Both the position numbers and the translations under genes were made by a program. Shown here one piece after another: positions 1-12,030 of a stretch of 64,000 nt of DNA. This stretch comes from Paecilomyces variotii (lineage: Eukaryota): the NCBI GenBank assembly GCA_004022145.1, contig RCNU01000001.1. One strand, written 5' to 3'. The stretch's first letter is position 1. Every line of letters starts with the position of its first letter. Below the pieces are notes generated by a model. It was given only the letters and a program-made list of their open reading frames with translations. It was not told the DNA's origin and did no database searches.

Positions 1-243
1 GGCGCAGGCGCGTACCTCGGCGACGCGGAACGTCGCAGCGTTAGAGAAAAGGATCGTGATCTCCTCGAGGGCGCAGAAGTCATCAGCGTCAGAGGCACAT
101 CCATGCTCGATGGAAAAGAGGGAGGACAGGCCTCATCATCTCTACCCGAAGGACATGATGCAAGCCCGCCTACCAGCAGCTCATCGAAAACCCCCACTAC
201 AAACGAAAGCGTAGTGAGCAAAGTCGTCGAGTTCGACTCGTGA
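1..243 (+). CDS. 3' end of a gene entering the window (product not recognised)
   Basis: Frame 1 is open from base 1 to TGA at 241-243 (GAGAYLGDAERRSVREKDRDLLEGAEVISVRG...VVEFDS*). It is followed by AT-rich, UTR-like sequence. Confidence 0.55.
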   Translation, partial: GAGAYLGDAERRSVREKDRDLLEGAEVISVRGTSMLDGKEGGQASSSLPEGHDASPPTSSSSKTPTTNESVVSKVVEFDS

Positions 244-1361
244 TGAAACACGCAACCACCCCCTGCCCGGTTTCCTCATTGTACCATCCATCCATCAATC
301 CATCCTACCATCCACATCCATCCATCCATCCCATCTGTTCTCTCTTTACAATAATACTCCCTCTATTCCCTTTGTCAGGTCAAGGATCCGGTCGGTCAGC
401 GTTTCCCGGTTTGGCTTTTATATCTTTCCATGTTGTGAGGTAGATCAAGGTCAGGCTTAGCTATGTTAGGTAGAGGTCAACTAGTGAAAGGAACCTCTTT
501 TTATTTTCGTATCGTCATATTATAGTCTCTCTCTTCTATCTCTCTCTTTGTCCTATATTCGATGTAAATCTTTAAGCTGCATAAATCCCGTGTTAGTCAG
601 TCATCTATTAATAAGGACGCTGGACTCAATCGCCTAAGACAAAAAAAAAAAAAAAAAAAACAAAAAACAATAGACGCCTGTGGAAGAGATCTGATATCAT
701 CGGATAGTTAACCCTTCGTTTCTCCAATCCTGGACACAAGAAGCTAACGCGGAAGAAGCTACTCCTCTACTTACCCAACGCAATGTACATACATACATAC
801 TAGAAGGAGAATCCTAGTTTAGGTAGTGATACCAGCCACTGATAGTCTAAAAGAGAATCATCGCTCTGCTATCTTTTTTCTTTTTTTGGAAGAAGTTGAG
901 AATGATTATATGAGATCGATAATTGAGCCTTAGACAACACAAAAAGGGGGATATTAGAAAGATAAAAGAAGATGGACAATGGAAGTTTCAGAGCAGAAGT
1001 GGTAAGTAGTAATATTGATGGTATCACTTTGAAACGAAAAACAAAAAAGCGGGGGCGAAGCAAGAGTCAGAATATGAAGAGTATGTAAAGGTAGATAGAT
1101 AGGTACGCGCCAGACTAGGAAAACGTAAGGGAAAGAGAGAATCAAAGGGAAGTCTGGGGTATAATAATGTGGTCCAAACAAAAGCCAAAAGAAATAGCGC
1201 CCAGTCGGCAAGATAGGGAAGAAAGGTCGTAGAAGAACGATAGACAACTTTTTTTGCCAGATGCAAAGAGACTCGAAACAACGAGCCTTTCATTTTCTTT
1301 TTTTATCATCCAAACATGGCCAGAATCTCCCAACGCAGATATAGTAACATCGAGAAGGAAT

Positions 1362-4300
1362 CTAATCTTGTTGCAGCTCATTCTCAACAAGCTCAACGAC
1401 GATCTGACAGCGCTCAAATTCTGGATGTTGCATGCAGACCTTGACAGTACGTCCACTACTAGTAGCAGATGTGCCGTTGGCGCGTCCGCCTGCTCCGCCA
1501 GAAAAGTTGACATTGCCACCCATGGAAGAGCTGCTGACGCCGCTGTTTCCAGAGCCAGGCATACTGCTTCCATCATCTAAGCACACGACATTATGTCCCG
1601 GAATGACCTGTCTTAGCCGCCCGTTCATGGCATTGCGAACCTCAATGAAGTCTTCGTTGAGAAGGATAAGGAACTTCCCACACAGACATGCAGTGTGAGC
1701 ACGCCCAACAAACTCCATAACCACGCTGCGAGAGACATCGCCATGTTTGTTGACATAGACGGCGCACTCGGAGTATGCAACCAAAAACTCGCTGTCGCTT
1801 AGTCGGAACATGCCCAAAGGCCGCAAGTCCTTGATCCGATTGGCTATGCTTGTCAGATACGGTTGCGCCTCCGGGATGTCTGACCGCAGATTGGGCACTG
1901 TCCATGGCAACTTTTTATCGAGCGTGAGAACTTCTATACCACGCTGAGTCGAAATAGCAAGTGATGAGTGGAACATGTTGATCCCGTAGCTTTCTGCGGG
2001 GATGTAGAACTCGTCATATTCGCGGAAGAATTCGGTCTGTCCGCGGCGCAAGTTGAAGAAACGGTTGCGGCTTGATGTGGATTTCTGAAGCACCGGTTCG
2101 AGGACCTGTACAAGTTAGAATGATAGGTCGGAATGGACACTAATTCTAAACAAACCTTGAATGTAGATGACATGCCATCCCGCTTCTTGTACATGATAAG
2201 GGTGCGATCTTTCATGCGTCCCGCAGCGAAGAAACCGATCTGATGGCTGCCAGACAACTTCTGCGGTGCTTTCCTGGCTGAATCATTAACCGTAGCTTGA
2301 GTGGTCACTCCACTGGCAGGGCAAACGGCGTCGAGATGATACGCTATCAAGGACTTGTCTGCGATCACGAGGAAAAGATTGAACTCTTCAAATACCGCAA
2401 TCTGCGTCACGCGAAGAACCGATATCGTCATGGCCTAAACGCAAGTGTTAGAGACCGGATTATTTTATTGGCGTGGCAAAACATACCTTTTTCCATCCAC
2501 GGGCGTCGTTGTAGTCTGATATATACACACCATAGTCGGTACCGATTGCACACATCATTCGTCCCTGCGGCTGCTGGAAGACTGTGGCACAATTGACTGG
2601 TGCCCTGCAAATAGGCGGTGGCCTAGGCCCAGCCGGCGCATACCGGTATTCGACATCCTTAATAGCACGATCAAGAGGTGTGCCTTCAATGACAACGCTT
2701 GAGTAGCCTGCAACTTGGTCGGAATAACCGAAAGCTGCATCTGCAAGCACGCGTAGATGAAATGGTTCTGCATTCTGAGCAAAGAGAGATGCGGCATGTT
2801 TTGTCTTGGCCTCAATGATCTTATCGCACCAGTCTTGTCGATTCTGCGCGGTGGATGCATATAAGGTGTATGTTCCGGTTTTGCCCAAATGCTTTATTCT
2901 GAATGGATAAAGTATATTGTCATCCCTGGAGCTATCAAGCGTCGTACTTGGGACAAGTGTAGAGTTGCTGTTTACATGGCTGATTGTATTAGAACCTCCC
3001 GTCCGTGACATAGCTTGCGGCTGTCCCGCCACGGCCGAAATGCCCTTGAGAGCGGACTTCACTACAGGATCGTCATTCGTGCTCTCCAGTACCAACAAAT
3101 CCATCGGAATTGGAAGTTTCGACACGTCGTATGTCTCGTACTTAAGCGTTCTCGTAGGATCCCGCGTTGTGACAGCTTTTGCCAAAACAAGGTAATGATC
3201 AAACAGGATGGCATGTGTGTCCACAAGATTAAATCTCGTTCTCGAACCTGGACGCTGCAGTTCGCCCTCGAAGATGATCTGTCGGCCCAAGTGCTCGAGG
3301 TTGAGTTCGACTTCCTTCTTCATCTCTGGTCGGAGTTGTAGTTTGGATGATAGTTCCATGAGCTCTACCTTCTTGCTCATCTCGCCAACCTTGGCGTCAC
3401 AGTCCAATGCTACCACTTTGATTTCCTCAATGGCTTGAGCAAGGTTCGTTTTCTCTTCTGAATCTTTGACCATGTTCTTATGCACCGTAGCCAAAAGGAG
3501 AGTATACCGCTGAATTCGTGTGATAGGAGCCTTGAGATAGGTATCCCAGCTGAGGCGGTTGGACATCTTATTGTCACGCGCCTGATTAAGGAACGTACGG
3601 AAATGAATATTCCTTTCAGCCTCCTTCCGGATGAGATAGTTCGCATGGGGGAAAGTGGCAGCATAGTCGATATATACTGTTTTGGCTTTGCGGATCCACT
3701 CGCGGAAAATATCGCTGAATCCGACAATGAAGGGCCCTTGTTCTTTCTGACGATACTTGAGCTGCGCAAGCAGATGATCTTCGTTAACTTGTTTCACTGG
3801 ATCAACCTTGCCAAAAACGTCGTTGAGGAACTTGTTGAGGCGCTTCGGATTCATAACCGCGGGCTCCGCGGTGGCCAGCTGATCACGATACAGCTCGCGC
3901 AGAACATCCAACTGTCCGATGTACAAATCCTCTGTTGTTACGATCTCGTGCAAATTGTTCTGACGATCAATCTCTTTCCTCGGGTACGATTCCCAGACTT
4001 CTTTCGGGACCTTATAGAACGTCACCCAGTCCTCTGTCTTCTTTTCGGACTCCATCACCTGCGCCTTTAAATCGACTTTCTTCAAGGTTCTCATGCAATG
4101 ATGCGAATAACAGCGACCGAAGACCTCCGTTTCTTCTTCGTGCAACTTCGAGGAGTAGCACCCTGTCCCTGTGATCTGGAAAAGGACCCCTGACAAGGAC
4201 CCTGGACCAAACTTAACCCATTCCTCCTCCTTCACCAGGGCTTGTTCAGCGAGCATATTCTTGACGACTCGAGCCCCTAGGGTCTCCGCATCTGCTGTAT

Positions 4301-6806
4301 TCATAGTAGGAACTTTATGAGTGAAAAGAGCAACGATAGCGTCAATGATCGCTTGCTCTTTCAGATCGGTCTCATCTTCACTGAGATCCTTGATCCAGGC
4401 GACGACGGAGCTCAGAGCCCAAGGCTCACTGCACCTGTTGAACTGTTCAGAAGATAGCTTGGCCGGATTGAACTTTTTACGCCGCCCAGCAGGAATGGTA
4501 GGCAGATCAAGAGCGACAGCACTTGGCTGGAGGGTGGCATCATAACCGAATGACCCAGCCTGCTGCTGACGCAGGAGTTCCTGCTGTTGCTTGTACTTTG
4601 CCCGATCGGAATCCGTCTTTGACCTGATAGGGGGGTCAGTGCGAGGAGTGCTACTGTGACTTGATAACGACGCCGATCGCGGGACCTGTGGCTGTCCATA
4701 GATGTCCGGAGAAGAAGGATATGGAGGCTCTCTATATTGGGCCCCTGGCTGCGCGTTTCTGGATTCCGCGTGTCGATAAGTGCCAGCAGGCATCAAGTGC
4801 GGACGTAGGACTGCATTGTCCGCAGGTTCAACCGGAGCCGGTGGAAGCGGTCTCATGCCAGGATGGAAGAAAAGGTCTTCAGGTTCACCGTTTTCTGGTC
4901 CCTGACTGTCCGACATATCTTCGTCGTAAGACGCCATATACGTCTCTTCGGTCTCTTCTCCATCATCAAAACTAAGTCTTCGTCCAGTAGGATCGGGCTC
5001 TGACAGACCACCGGTACCTCCGGTATCAACCCGGGCATCCGAAGGAAGAGTCGAAGACTGGTAGTAGTACTCATCCAACAAGGCAGGATGGCCATCGACA
5101 GACGCACTCGAGCTGTGGAACGACCCTGATGTAGTAGGGGGCCTGCTTCGATCGTAGAGACCCGGACTGGTATCGTTATTGTCCCCGTAATGGACATGTC
5201 CCTCGTAGCCACCTCCGTACACGGAGAGATCATGACTCACATACTCATTATCATCGCCGCCGGTGTCTTGATATGTCGAGGCTCGTCTATCTGAGGAGTG
5301 CGATCCGTAGGCGCTGAATATTGACGCAGCGGTGCCACTGTAAGTTCGCTGGCGTTCCGCCATCGCCTTTTCCTCTTCATCTGCCATTTGCAACATGGCT
5401 AAACCTGCTTCGGCCTCTGCATCGCTGTCGTCACTATATGCACCATAATTCACGTACTGCCCTGTTCCGGTGGCTATACTGCCGTTGGTATGGGTGTGCC
5501 TTTCGTCCGGAGAGAGGCGCAAGGCTGAGGACGGGATGTGTCCATTGACCTCAGCATGATCAGGGACTCCTTGTCCGAAACGTGTCTCTCTCGAACCGCG
5601 CCGTACACTCACGGCAGCCTCCACCTCCTTCAATAGATCGTCGTAACTCATATCTTCCGATTGGTGTCGATTCCCAATGCCATTGTGCAAAGTCGTTCCG
5701 TCGTCAGAATCCACTGGGGGCCCAGGCAGGGGGCGCGCCTGTGGGTGGCGGGTCAATGTGTCTGTCCTTCGCGGGGATGATGGTGTTGAGGTCGGATAAG
5801 TCGGTGTGGTAGGAAGAGAGCCCCTCCCTGGCAGATTAGAAATACTCAATCGTTTTCCATGAAAATTTTCGTTGCGCGGTACATGCGCAGGAGGTGCTGG
5901 GAACTGTGAGAGTGACGGAGACGACGGGACTCGGGATTCATAGGGATACGGCTGTGGCACAGACCCTGGATCTGATCCGCGATGAGGCCCAACAGAAGGA
6001 TGACCGGGAGCCGTTCCGTAGACGGATGATCTTCGAGGAGCAGTCGGTGAGCTTGCGTGGTGGGTGGGAGACGGGTAGTTATACTGCGGATCAGGCGAAG
6101 AATTGGCGTATCGATTCGGTCGACGAGCACCGTATGGATGTTCCGGCCCTCGAGGCGGCGGGGGAGGGGGTGCCTGGGCTGAATTCATCACGTATGGTTG
6201 TCGCTGGGTACCAGCATATCCACCCAGGCTCGTTGACTGATACGCGGCCGGGTTATACGAGGGATGAGCAGAGCCGTTGTACTGCGAATTCGTCATCCCA
6301 GTATACCCTTGAGGGTTGTATCCTGTAGGTACTTGTGGCTGAATGTGCGGCCTCGCGAATTGCTGCGGGTTGTACACAGATTGAGTGGGAGACGCAGATG
6401 AAGGCCCTTGGTACGGACGTTGATAACCCGACAACGCTGAACCGTGAGACGATGCTCGACTGGGTTGCGATTGTTGCGAGCTGTCTGCAGAGAACTGTGA
6501 TCGTCTCGAACCCAAACTGCCCTGTCCGCTGCTAGCGTTGGTATAGGCATATCCTCCGCCGACACCGTGCCCACCTTGTACTGGATACCCAGCGTTTTCT
6601 GGTGGCCTCATCCCTTGTCCCTGTGCATTTTCGAAATACTCCGTATCGTCTCCTGGATCGTAACTGGGAACTCGCCGTATGTGCTGGTCCTGTGGAGGAC
6701 CGTAAGCGCATTGGGTCTCGTATGGATATGCCTGCTGAGGCGGCACAGCGGGAGAGTTGCTGGACCGCCCATAGTAGGCTGACTGGCCGTTCTGGTAATA
6801 TGACAT
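1362..6806 (-). CDS. Rho guanine nucleotide exchange factor (DH-PH-CNH; Tus1/Rgf3/Rom-type)
   Basis: ATG at 6806 (MSYYQNG). Long low-complexity N-terminus, DH domain (EIDRQNNLHEIVTTE...APITRIQRYTLLL), PH domain and C-terminal CNH domain. Introns at 2435-2486 and 2106-2155 (GT..CTAAC..AG) join the three ORFs. Confidence 0.92.
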
Positions 6807-8776
6807 GGATGCGGCGTCTAGTAACACGGTGTAAGATACTTGAATCTCCGGATCAGAACGGCGCACGTGTCGTCTCGAGGATGAAGGGTAGCCGGAGAGA
6901 TCTCCGGGTGTTGGTTGTTCGATCAAGCAGCCTGAGGAACGATTGATGGGAAGTCACGATGATAGCAGGTTTGATGGAGCATCAGCGAAGGTCACTCAGA
7001 CGTCCAACAGCTGCGCAAAGGAAAGATGTTCGTCCGTGAGGAGGACAAGTCGAGAGCAGCTGTCCACGCTTCATCCAGTCGGTTGGTGAGGCGCAATAAT
7101 AATGAAAGATGAGTGATGGAGCAGTTCGTCGCTGTGGGCATCCCCACAGCAGCTCCCACGCGAATTAGCGGAACTTAACAGTCGTCGAGACAGCGACGAC
7201 CCAACGCAGAGGTGGTGGGAAGATGAAAAAGATCGGGCTAGCAAAGCAGAGGCCGGGATAAGAGCAGCGCGTGCGCCGCGAGGTTGACAGCAGACCGACG
7301 GGCCGGAGAGTAATAATCCAGCCGGGGAGTACCTGGTACCTCCCGCGGCCCCCAAGCTTGGCGCCCAGGGGAAGTACCAGGTACCACTGCTACAGCCTGC
7401 AAAAGGGGGATCTTCCATCGAGGCTCAGACTAAGTCAACAAGGCTGACTGCGCCGTCTTCAACAATAATAATGCCCTTCTGCCTGTTGCTGCCATCGCAC
7501 TGACCGTGTCATTCATTAGCATTATTATTGCAGAGACATCGATCGCTGCTTTCCTCCAGATCTATCTAATTATTACCTTTTTGGCCTGAGCAGTCACGTC
7601 TATCTAATAATTACTCCGTACACCTCACAGCCGTTGTGCCCCAGTTCTCCCCCCGCATCTGCAAAACGGTCACTTTTACGCGACACAGAGTGGCCCGAGT
7701 CCAGGGTTCAAGGGCGGAAATGACCAAGGATCGCCATCGAAAACTAGAATAGGGCGTATCAGAATCTATTCTGGGAGCCGTCCGGAACCATGGCTGGCGA
7801 GCCGCTTGGCGTGGACGTGGATAGAAAGATACACCTTCTTTTCATATCCGTTGTTGTTGTATTTTTCGTGCGGCATTATTGATCACCAAGACGGATGACA
7901 ACATTCAACAGAGAAGTATTGGAACCGTATTTGAGTATTGACCTTGAATACAGACGATGATTTATCATGTTGACCATGCTGTTGCTACAGATTATCTCTC
8001 GGTCAGAAATATCCTGGTCCATGTTCCGTTACCGTAGTCTGTATACAGACTATGTATGGTGTCACCGAAAGACAGAGACTCAAAAGACTCGCGATTGGAA
8101 CTCCCATCTCATCGAATTTCCGTTTTCCTAGTTCCGTTCAAGATTTACACCTGATTTCATTTCAACCTAGGGAACAAAGGAAAGGGCATTTTAGCGGTTG
8201 ATCTGTGCCACCAAATTGGGATCCCCAAATTGATACTGGCCCTGTCGAGACGTGTGGAGTTTGATAATGTCGTGGTTCGCATACAGCGTATCGCTGCCAT
8301 ACAAGATATGACCAGGAAGTCCACCTCTTTGAGACTGAATACACGTTCTTTCGGGCCTCATTCAGCTTAAAGTTCATGCTTAAAGCCAGAATGAATCTGG
8401 AACAAAGTCATTGCAGAGGAACTATATAAAATCATACAAGAACAAGACTGATTTTAATTGTCCCATCATCCCCTTCTGCTAAACAAAAAGTCGGAAACCG
8501 CCAAGATAAGCGGAGCCTGGTCACCGTCGCTTAATGGCTTGGCGTGCCTGAATACCCTCAGATGTTGCCTACGGGGTAATAATAGATAAGTCTAGACTAA
8601 TTTTCAATAATAATAATTCTACAGCACTAGTAGTAGACTAACTCTTCCGGCTTCCAGTTCTTAACTAGAACAATTTCCATCAATTTGATTCTTGTTTTTC
8701 TTTTTTCTCTAATTTTGTCTTTAATTTGCGTTTTTTTTTTTCCTGCACCCGCGTGGATCTTATCACATCGCCATAA

Positions 8777-9601
8777 ATGGCTTCTTCAATAACAACTGCC
8801 GTTCCTTCAGGGATAATAAAGAACTGGTGTTTAGCTGATTTATCAGACTTCGGAAGCGGACCATATGAATGTGCCAACGAAACCGTTGGCCAGAAACCGG
8901 CCGACTTCCAGACCATTTGCTGCGATGGCGACATAATCGATACCGCTGAGAACTTGTGGCAACCATACCGCCCGAAATCCGCAGGACCCTTCTATTTAAA
9001 CATAGACGACCTCGTCTGCTGTCGTCTTGTAGGCGCGCAGCAAGGCGGGCTACAAGCAATTGATCCAGATCAGACGCATTGTACTGCTGGTAGCCCCACG
9101 CCGCTTGCAAGTCTGGCGGCGACAAATACGGAAAATGCTGCAGATTACTTGGTGACATACACCAGTGCGTCGTTTGGAGAAAGCACAACTGGGGATTTTA
9201 TTCCAACAGCGACTCCAAGATGTTTGTGGATGAATACCAACACAGCGCAATCGGCTGGTGTTGGTGTGAAAACAGTGACTGTGCCGGCTGCCAGTATCAG
9301 CACATTACCGGCTGCTACCACGGATATGTTTGGAAGGCCAATAGCAACATCTATATACAGTTCAACGTCTCGGTCTCATATGGCGTCCACCCAAGCAACA
9401 CAAACAGGGAGCTCACCATCGTCATCAGCATCGTCATCAGCATCATCGTCATCTGAAGACTTATCCCAATCAACAGAGGCCTCGCCATCGGCGGCTGCGT
9501 CTACTTCATCTCGAGTTGCCTCCAGGGGCTCACTCATCTCAAAATCAAACGGTCTTTTTGTACTTTGTTTGTGGGCTGTGATTTCGACCTTTCTTCAATG
9601 A
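8777..9601 (+). CDS. Cys-containing, Ser/Thr-rich protein with hydrophobic C-terminus (cell-surface/GPI-like)
   Basis: 274-aa ORF with a Cys-rich N-half, a Ser/Thr-rich stalk and the C-terminal hydrophobic stretch GLFVLCLWAVISTFLQ. Confidence 0.7.
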   Translation: MASSITTAVPSGIIKNWCLADLSDFGSGPYECANETVGQKPADFQTICCDGDIIDTAENLWQPYRPKSAGPFYLNIDDLVCCRLVGAQQGGLQAIDPDQTHCTAGSPTPLASLAATNTENAADYLVTYTSASFGESTTGDFIPTATPRCLWMNTNTAQSAGVGVKTVTVPAASISTLPAATTDMFGRPIATSIYSSTSRSHMASTQATQTGSSPSSSASSSASSSSEDLSQSTEASPSAAASTSSRVASRGSLISKSNGLFVLCLWAVISTFLQ

Positions 9602-12030
9602 ATTCATTTCAAACATGTATAAATATTTCCAATGAGTGAGACAATAATAGAATACTAATGTTTATCATTTGCTCCTGACAGAAATAGCTCACGGCCGCGC
9701 AGTACCTTTAAGAACGTCCACTTGAGCATAAATCACAGAACACTTCGTGTCCTGCTGATTGTCGGCGCTCACGGCTTCTTTGGAGATGAGCTGCAAACGG
9801 CTTGTACTACCCTATTGAAAGAGGGGTAGGATAAGAAACGCGAAGCCTCATTGATCTACCTATATAGGATCAAAGAAGATACGCCGGAATTAGCAAAGCT
9901 CAAAATTAGTGGCGGAGGCAGTGCTCCAGGCAGCTGAATTCTAGGATAGAGTCCGTGGGTATAAGAGCTGATAGATTCCGGTATCCTCTAGTTCTCCAAG
10001 CAATCAAGAGATTATTCCTGTTTCAGATGCTCCTTCAGAACCTTTGCTTCCGTAATCCTAGATCTTCATACTGATCGACACGAAGTTCAGGAACAGACAC
10101 CTTTAGTCCCAGCATACTCAGCCACATCCCTCCTTTAGCATACAGGGTGACATTTCCGGCGGCTGAGCTGTCGATACAATCTGGCATCGATCGGAAGCGA
10201 GTAGATCAGCTACCGTCAGGTACGGAGCACTTTCTTTGCGGCTGAGCTGTCGATTATACAACTTTAGTGCTGTGACTCTAATTCGTTGCCTGATGGCTTT
10301 CTGCTACTCGACCAAAAAGGAGCACTCCTAGTTGGTCTACCTGGATCTCTAACATTGCCTACCTAGTCGAAAATGAGAAACGATGCGATGCAACCATCAC
10401 GGATATGCCTGGAACTACATGTCCGCTTTCGACTGACCGTGTTCAGATGCATATTATTGTTATTGCAAGGCCGATGCACAATTCCAGTTTGGGTAAGGCT
10501 TACTTACTATAGTAACGATTGCCACAAGGCTGCGGAAGATAGCGCAAGATCAAAGCGTTAAGTTAGCCCGATAGTGAGGTTTATTGGAGTAGGTAGTCGA
10601 CTGATGGGGTGCCCTTCGGGTAAGTAGTGCTCTCTAGGCTCTTTTCGAAGATGTTGACTGTCATCTTGTAAGGCCGTCAAAATGTCGTGTCGATACATAT
10701 TAACCACAACCCTCGAAATCGGCTCATGTACGAGCTATTGAAGAGTCTGCCATATGGGCCATTTTTTTCCGAATATTTCAAAATGGACCAAAGAACGCGC
10801 ATTCAATCGCTTCACAGCCATCCATCAATTGGAATTCTTAATCACTTTCCGCCCCCAACTTGCCAGATCCACCATCCTTGACCACGTGGTTAGCAAATGC
10901 TCATGAATTTTGGCCAAACCCCTGACCCACGGATGCTCTCCTCGACGTCAGGTACGCCCGGAAATACTTCCCTTGGGATCTTCTGGTGATCCTCATGTCG
11001 GTTGCTTCCGTGGTATCTTAGTCCTCTATTACAAACCACGGATGCTCTCTGGCAGGCGCTATCTACCTGGGCTGCAATGTTTCCCCGGCACCTGCCACGT
11101 GTGTTTTAGGAGTTTAGCTTGGTGGTACTAGAATTCTGCTCTTCGATATGGCTTGCATAGATGTGATAAAATAACTAATCAAGCCTCCTTCGCTCGGCAG
11201 TTGTTATGGATTGGCCTCCGGGGAGTGGAGATAGATCTACCACAATTTTTGGCTTTATATCCTGATCCTACCAATCGTTATCACTAATTTGCGGTGAGAA
11301 AGAGAGATCCAAGATAAGGTGAGAAGATTGGTGCATCCAGCGGCTTCTGAGGCTGAACACTAGGTTGCCTTGTCTTTGCTTTGTTGAGAATTCAACGTCT
11401 CAGCCTTGCGCTATCTAAATATAACCTCCTCGTCTTTGCTTTTATGAGAGTCCAGGAATAAGAGACGTCTCAGCCTTGCGCTAGATATCACCCGGGTGTG
11501 CCTCGCGCCTTGAACTTGAACGGGATTTGCAGTCCTGAGTCCACAATGCCTTTCCAGAAAATTACCAGGGTTGCACAATTGTTGATCATTACTTACACTA
11601 GATACTAATCTGCAGGCAACCAATATGAAAGTGACCAGCTCACCCTGTTGGGACCAGGGTGAATACACGCCCAGTGAAGGTGATAACTCCGGAATCCGTG
11701 CTCTTAGACAGCTTTGATCATTGCCATTCCTGACATTATCGTCTAATCTCTCATTTACACTGCCGCTGAAATATAAACCTTGAACACTTTTACCCCGTTG
11801 AACAAAAAACAATCATCTGAAAATCTATATTGTGAAACGTTCTTTGACCTCCAAATTCGTCCTTTACCTGAGTTGCATGAGCACTGAGTCTTGTATCACC
11901 GACAGGCTACCACTTCAGACCACACAGCACAGCAGTTGGTAGCAAGACGGCAGCTCTTCAAAACAGATTCCAGGCCAAGATGCTTGAGGCAGAAATCCGT
12001 CATGATGCTTCTTCCTGGAGTACCCTTACC

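Noticed and set aside
2555-6946. Numerous antisense/overlapping ORFs within the Rho GEF (and likewise in other genes)
   Set aside because: These are shadow ORFs expected from codon bias, with no independent signals.
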